Source of the DNA: Bacillales bacterium
GTDB taxonomy: Bacteria > Bacillota > Bacilli > JARBTR01
Direction: 5' to 3'
DNA: 64,000 nt
Assembly: GCA_029240105.1 (NCBI GenBank)
Contig: JARBTR010000004.1
Coordinates: 219,190 to 283,189 of the forward strand
Below are positions 63,563-64,000 of the stretch, in pieces. Numbering within the stretch: the first letter of the stretch is position 1; the number at the start of each line of letters is the position of its first letter. The notes beneath the pieces are model-generated. The model made no database searches and was not told the DNA's origin. It worked only from the letters and a program-made list of their open reading frames with translations. The position numbers and the translations under genes are program-made.

Positions 63563-63584
63563 TAAATCGTAATGATTACGATTA
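63563..63584. promoter_or_regulatory. Zur box upstream of znuA-like gene
   Basis: TAAATCGTAATgATTACGATTA: perfect 9-1-9 palindrome matching the Bacillus Zur operator consensus, 15 nt before the SD. Confidence 0.65.
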
Positions 63585-63598
63585 AGAAGGCGAAAACG

Positions 63599-64000
63599 AT
63601 GTCAAAAAAAATTATATCTATATTAATTATTTCTTTCCTAATACTACTAACGTTAACTGCTTGCGGGCAACAAGATAAAAAAGAAAACAAAAAACTTACT
63701 GTTTATACTACTGTATATCCTTTAAAATTTTTTACCGAACAAATTGGTGGTAATTATGTAAGTGTTTATTCTATTTATCCAAATGGTGGTGATGAACATA
63801 CCTTTGAACCAACACAAAGGGACTTCATAAAACTCGCTGATTCAGATTTATTCTTCTACATTGGATTCGGTTTAGAAGGCTTTGTTTCCAAAGCGAAATC
63901 TACTTTGAAAAATGAAAATGTTAAAATGGTGGCTATTGGAGAGAAAGTTCAAGTCACGAAAATCGAAGACGAACTTGAAGAGACACATGAAGAGGATAGT
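63599..64000 (+). CDS. metal (zinc) ABC transporter substrate-binding lipoprotein, ZnuA/AdcA/TroA family; 5' part, runs off window end
   Basis: SD aagaagg; lipobox LTLTACG; ..LTVYTTVYPL..F..IGG..V.V......G.D.H..EPT..D.. pattern of cluster-9 SBPs; preceded by Zur box. Confidence 0.7.
   Translation, partial: MSKKIISILIISFLILLTLTACGQQDKKENKKLTVYTTVYPLKFFTEQIGGNYVSVYSIYPNGGDEHTFEPTQRDFIKLADSDLFFYIGFGLEGFVSKAKSTLKNENVKMVAIGEKVQVTKIEDELEETHEEDS

Overview
This is a low-GC Firmicutes chromosome segment from a Bacillus-like endospore former. Evidence for sporulation: a Cse60-like gene, a SASP-like 45-aa gene and a Zur box.

The first ~25.6 kb follows, from memory and in compacted form, the Bacillus subtilis 'yt' region. 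Gene order on the window: DUF948/ytxG-like, ampS, murC, sftA, ytpS, ytpP, ytoP, ytzB, trmB, ytzH, ytlR, pepV/ytjP-like, rsuA-like, ytgP, cse60, rhodanese, leuS with a Leu T-box leader, then pckA. An HD-GYP phosphodiesterase sits between ampS and murC, and a PncB-like/PncA-like pair flanks this block.

From 25.7 kb onward the content looks accessory and anaerobe-flavoured. It contains a beta-rich hypothetical protein behind a long inverted repeat, and a second clostridial-style aconitase/IDH/citrate-synthase operon. It also has a 717-aa flotillin, a NodB deacetylase, helD and an amino-acid permease with a long leader. Further on are an SLT transglycosylase, a CDGSH Fe-S protein next to a stand-alone CooS-type Ni-CODH homolog, and an Ssu/Nit-type ABC importer. 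The block continues with a MITE-like inverted-repeat element whose ends mimic tRNA T-arms, then dbpA/yxiN, a TDT transporter and an EAL-HDOD protein. Next come pflB without an adjacent pflA but with RNase J directly upstream, then a reverse rubrerythrin. It ends with a cyanophycin cluster iadA-cphB-cphA (cphA frameshifted at a homopolymer), yidD and a Zur-box-controlled znuA-like gene.

Several GC-rich, heavily structured intergenic elements are not explained by the protein genes: 9.19-9.46 kb, 15.44-15.62 kb and 20.28-20.55 kb, plus a repeated terminator-associated ~60-bp element at 38.69 kb and 52.86 kb. No rRNA, tRNA or CRISPR was found. All identifications come from reading the translations and sequence; no searches were run.
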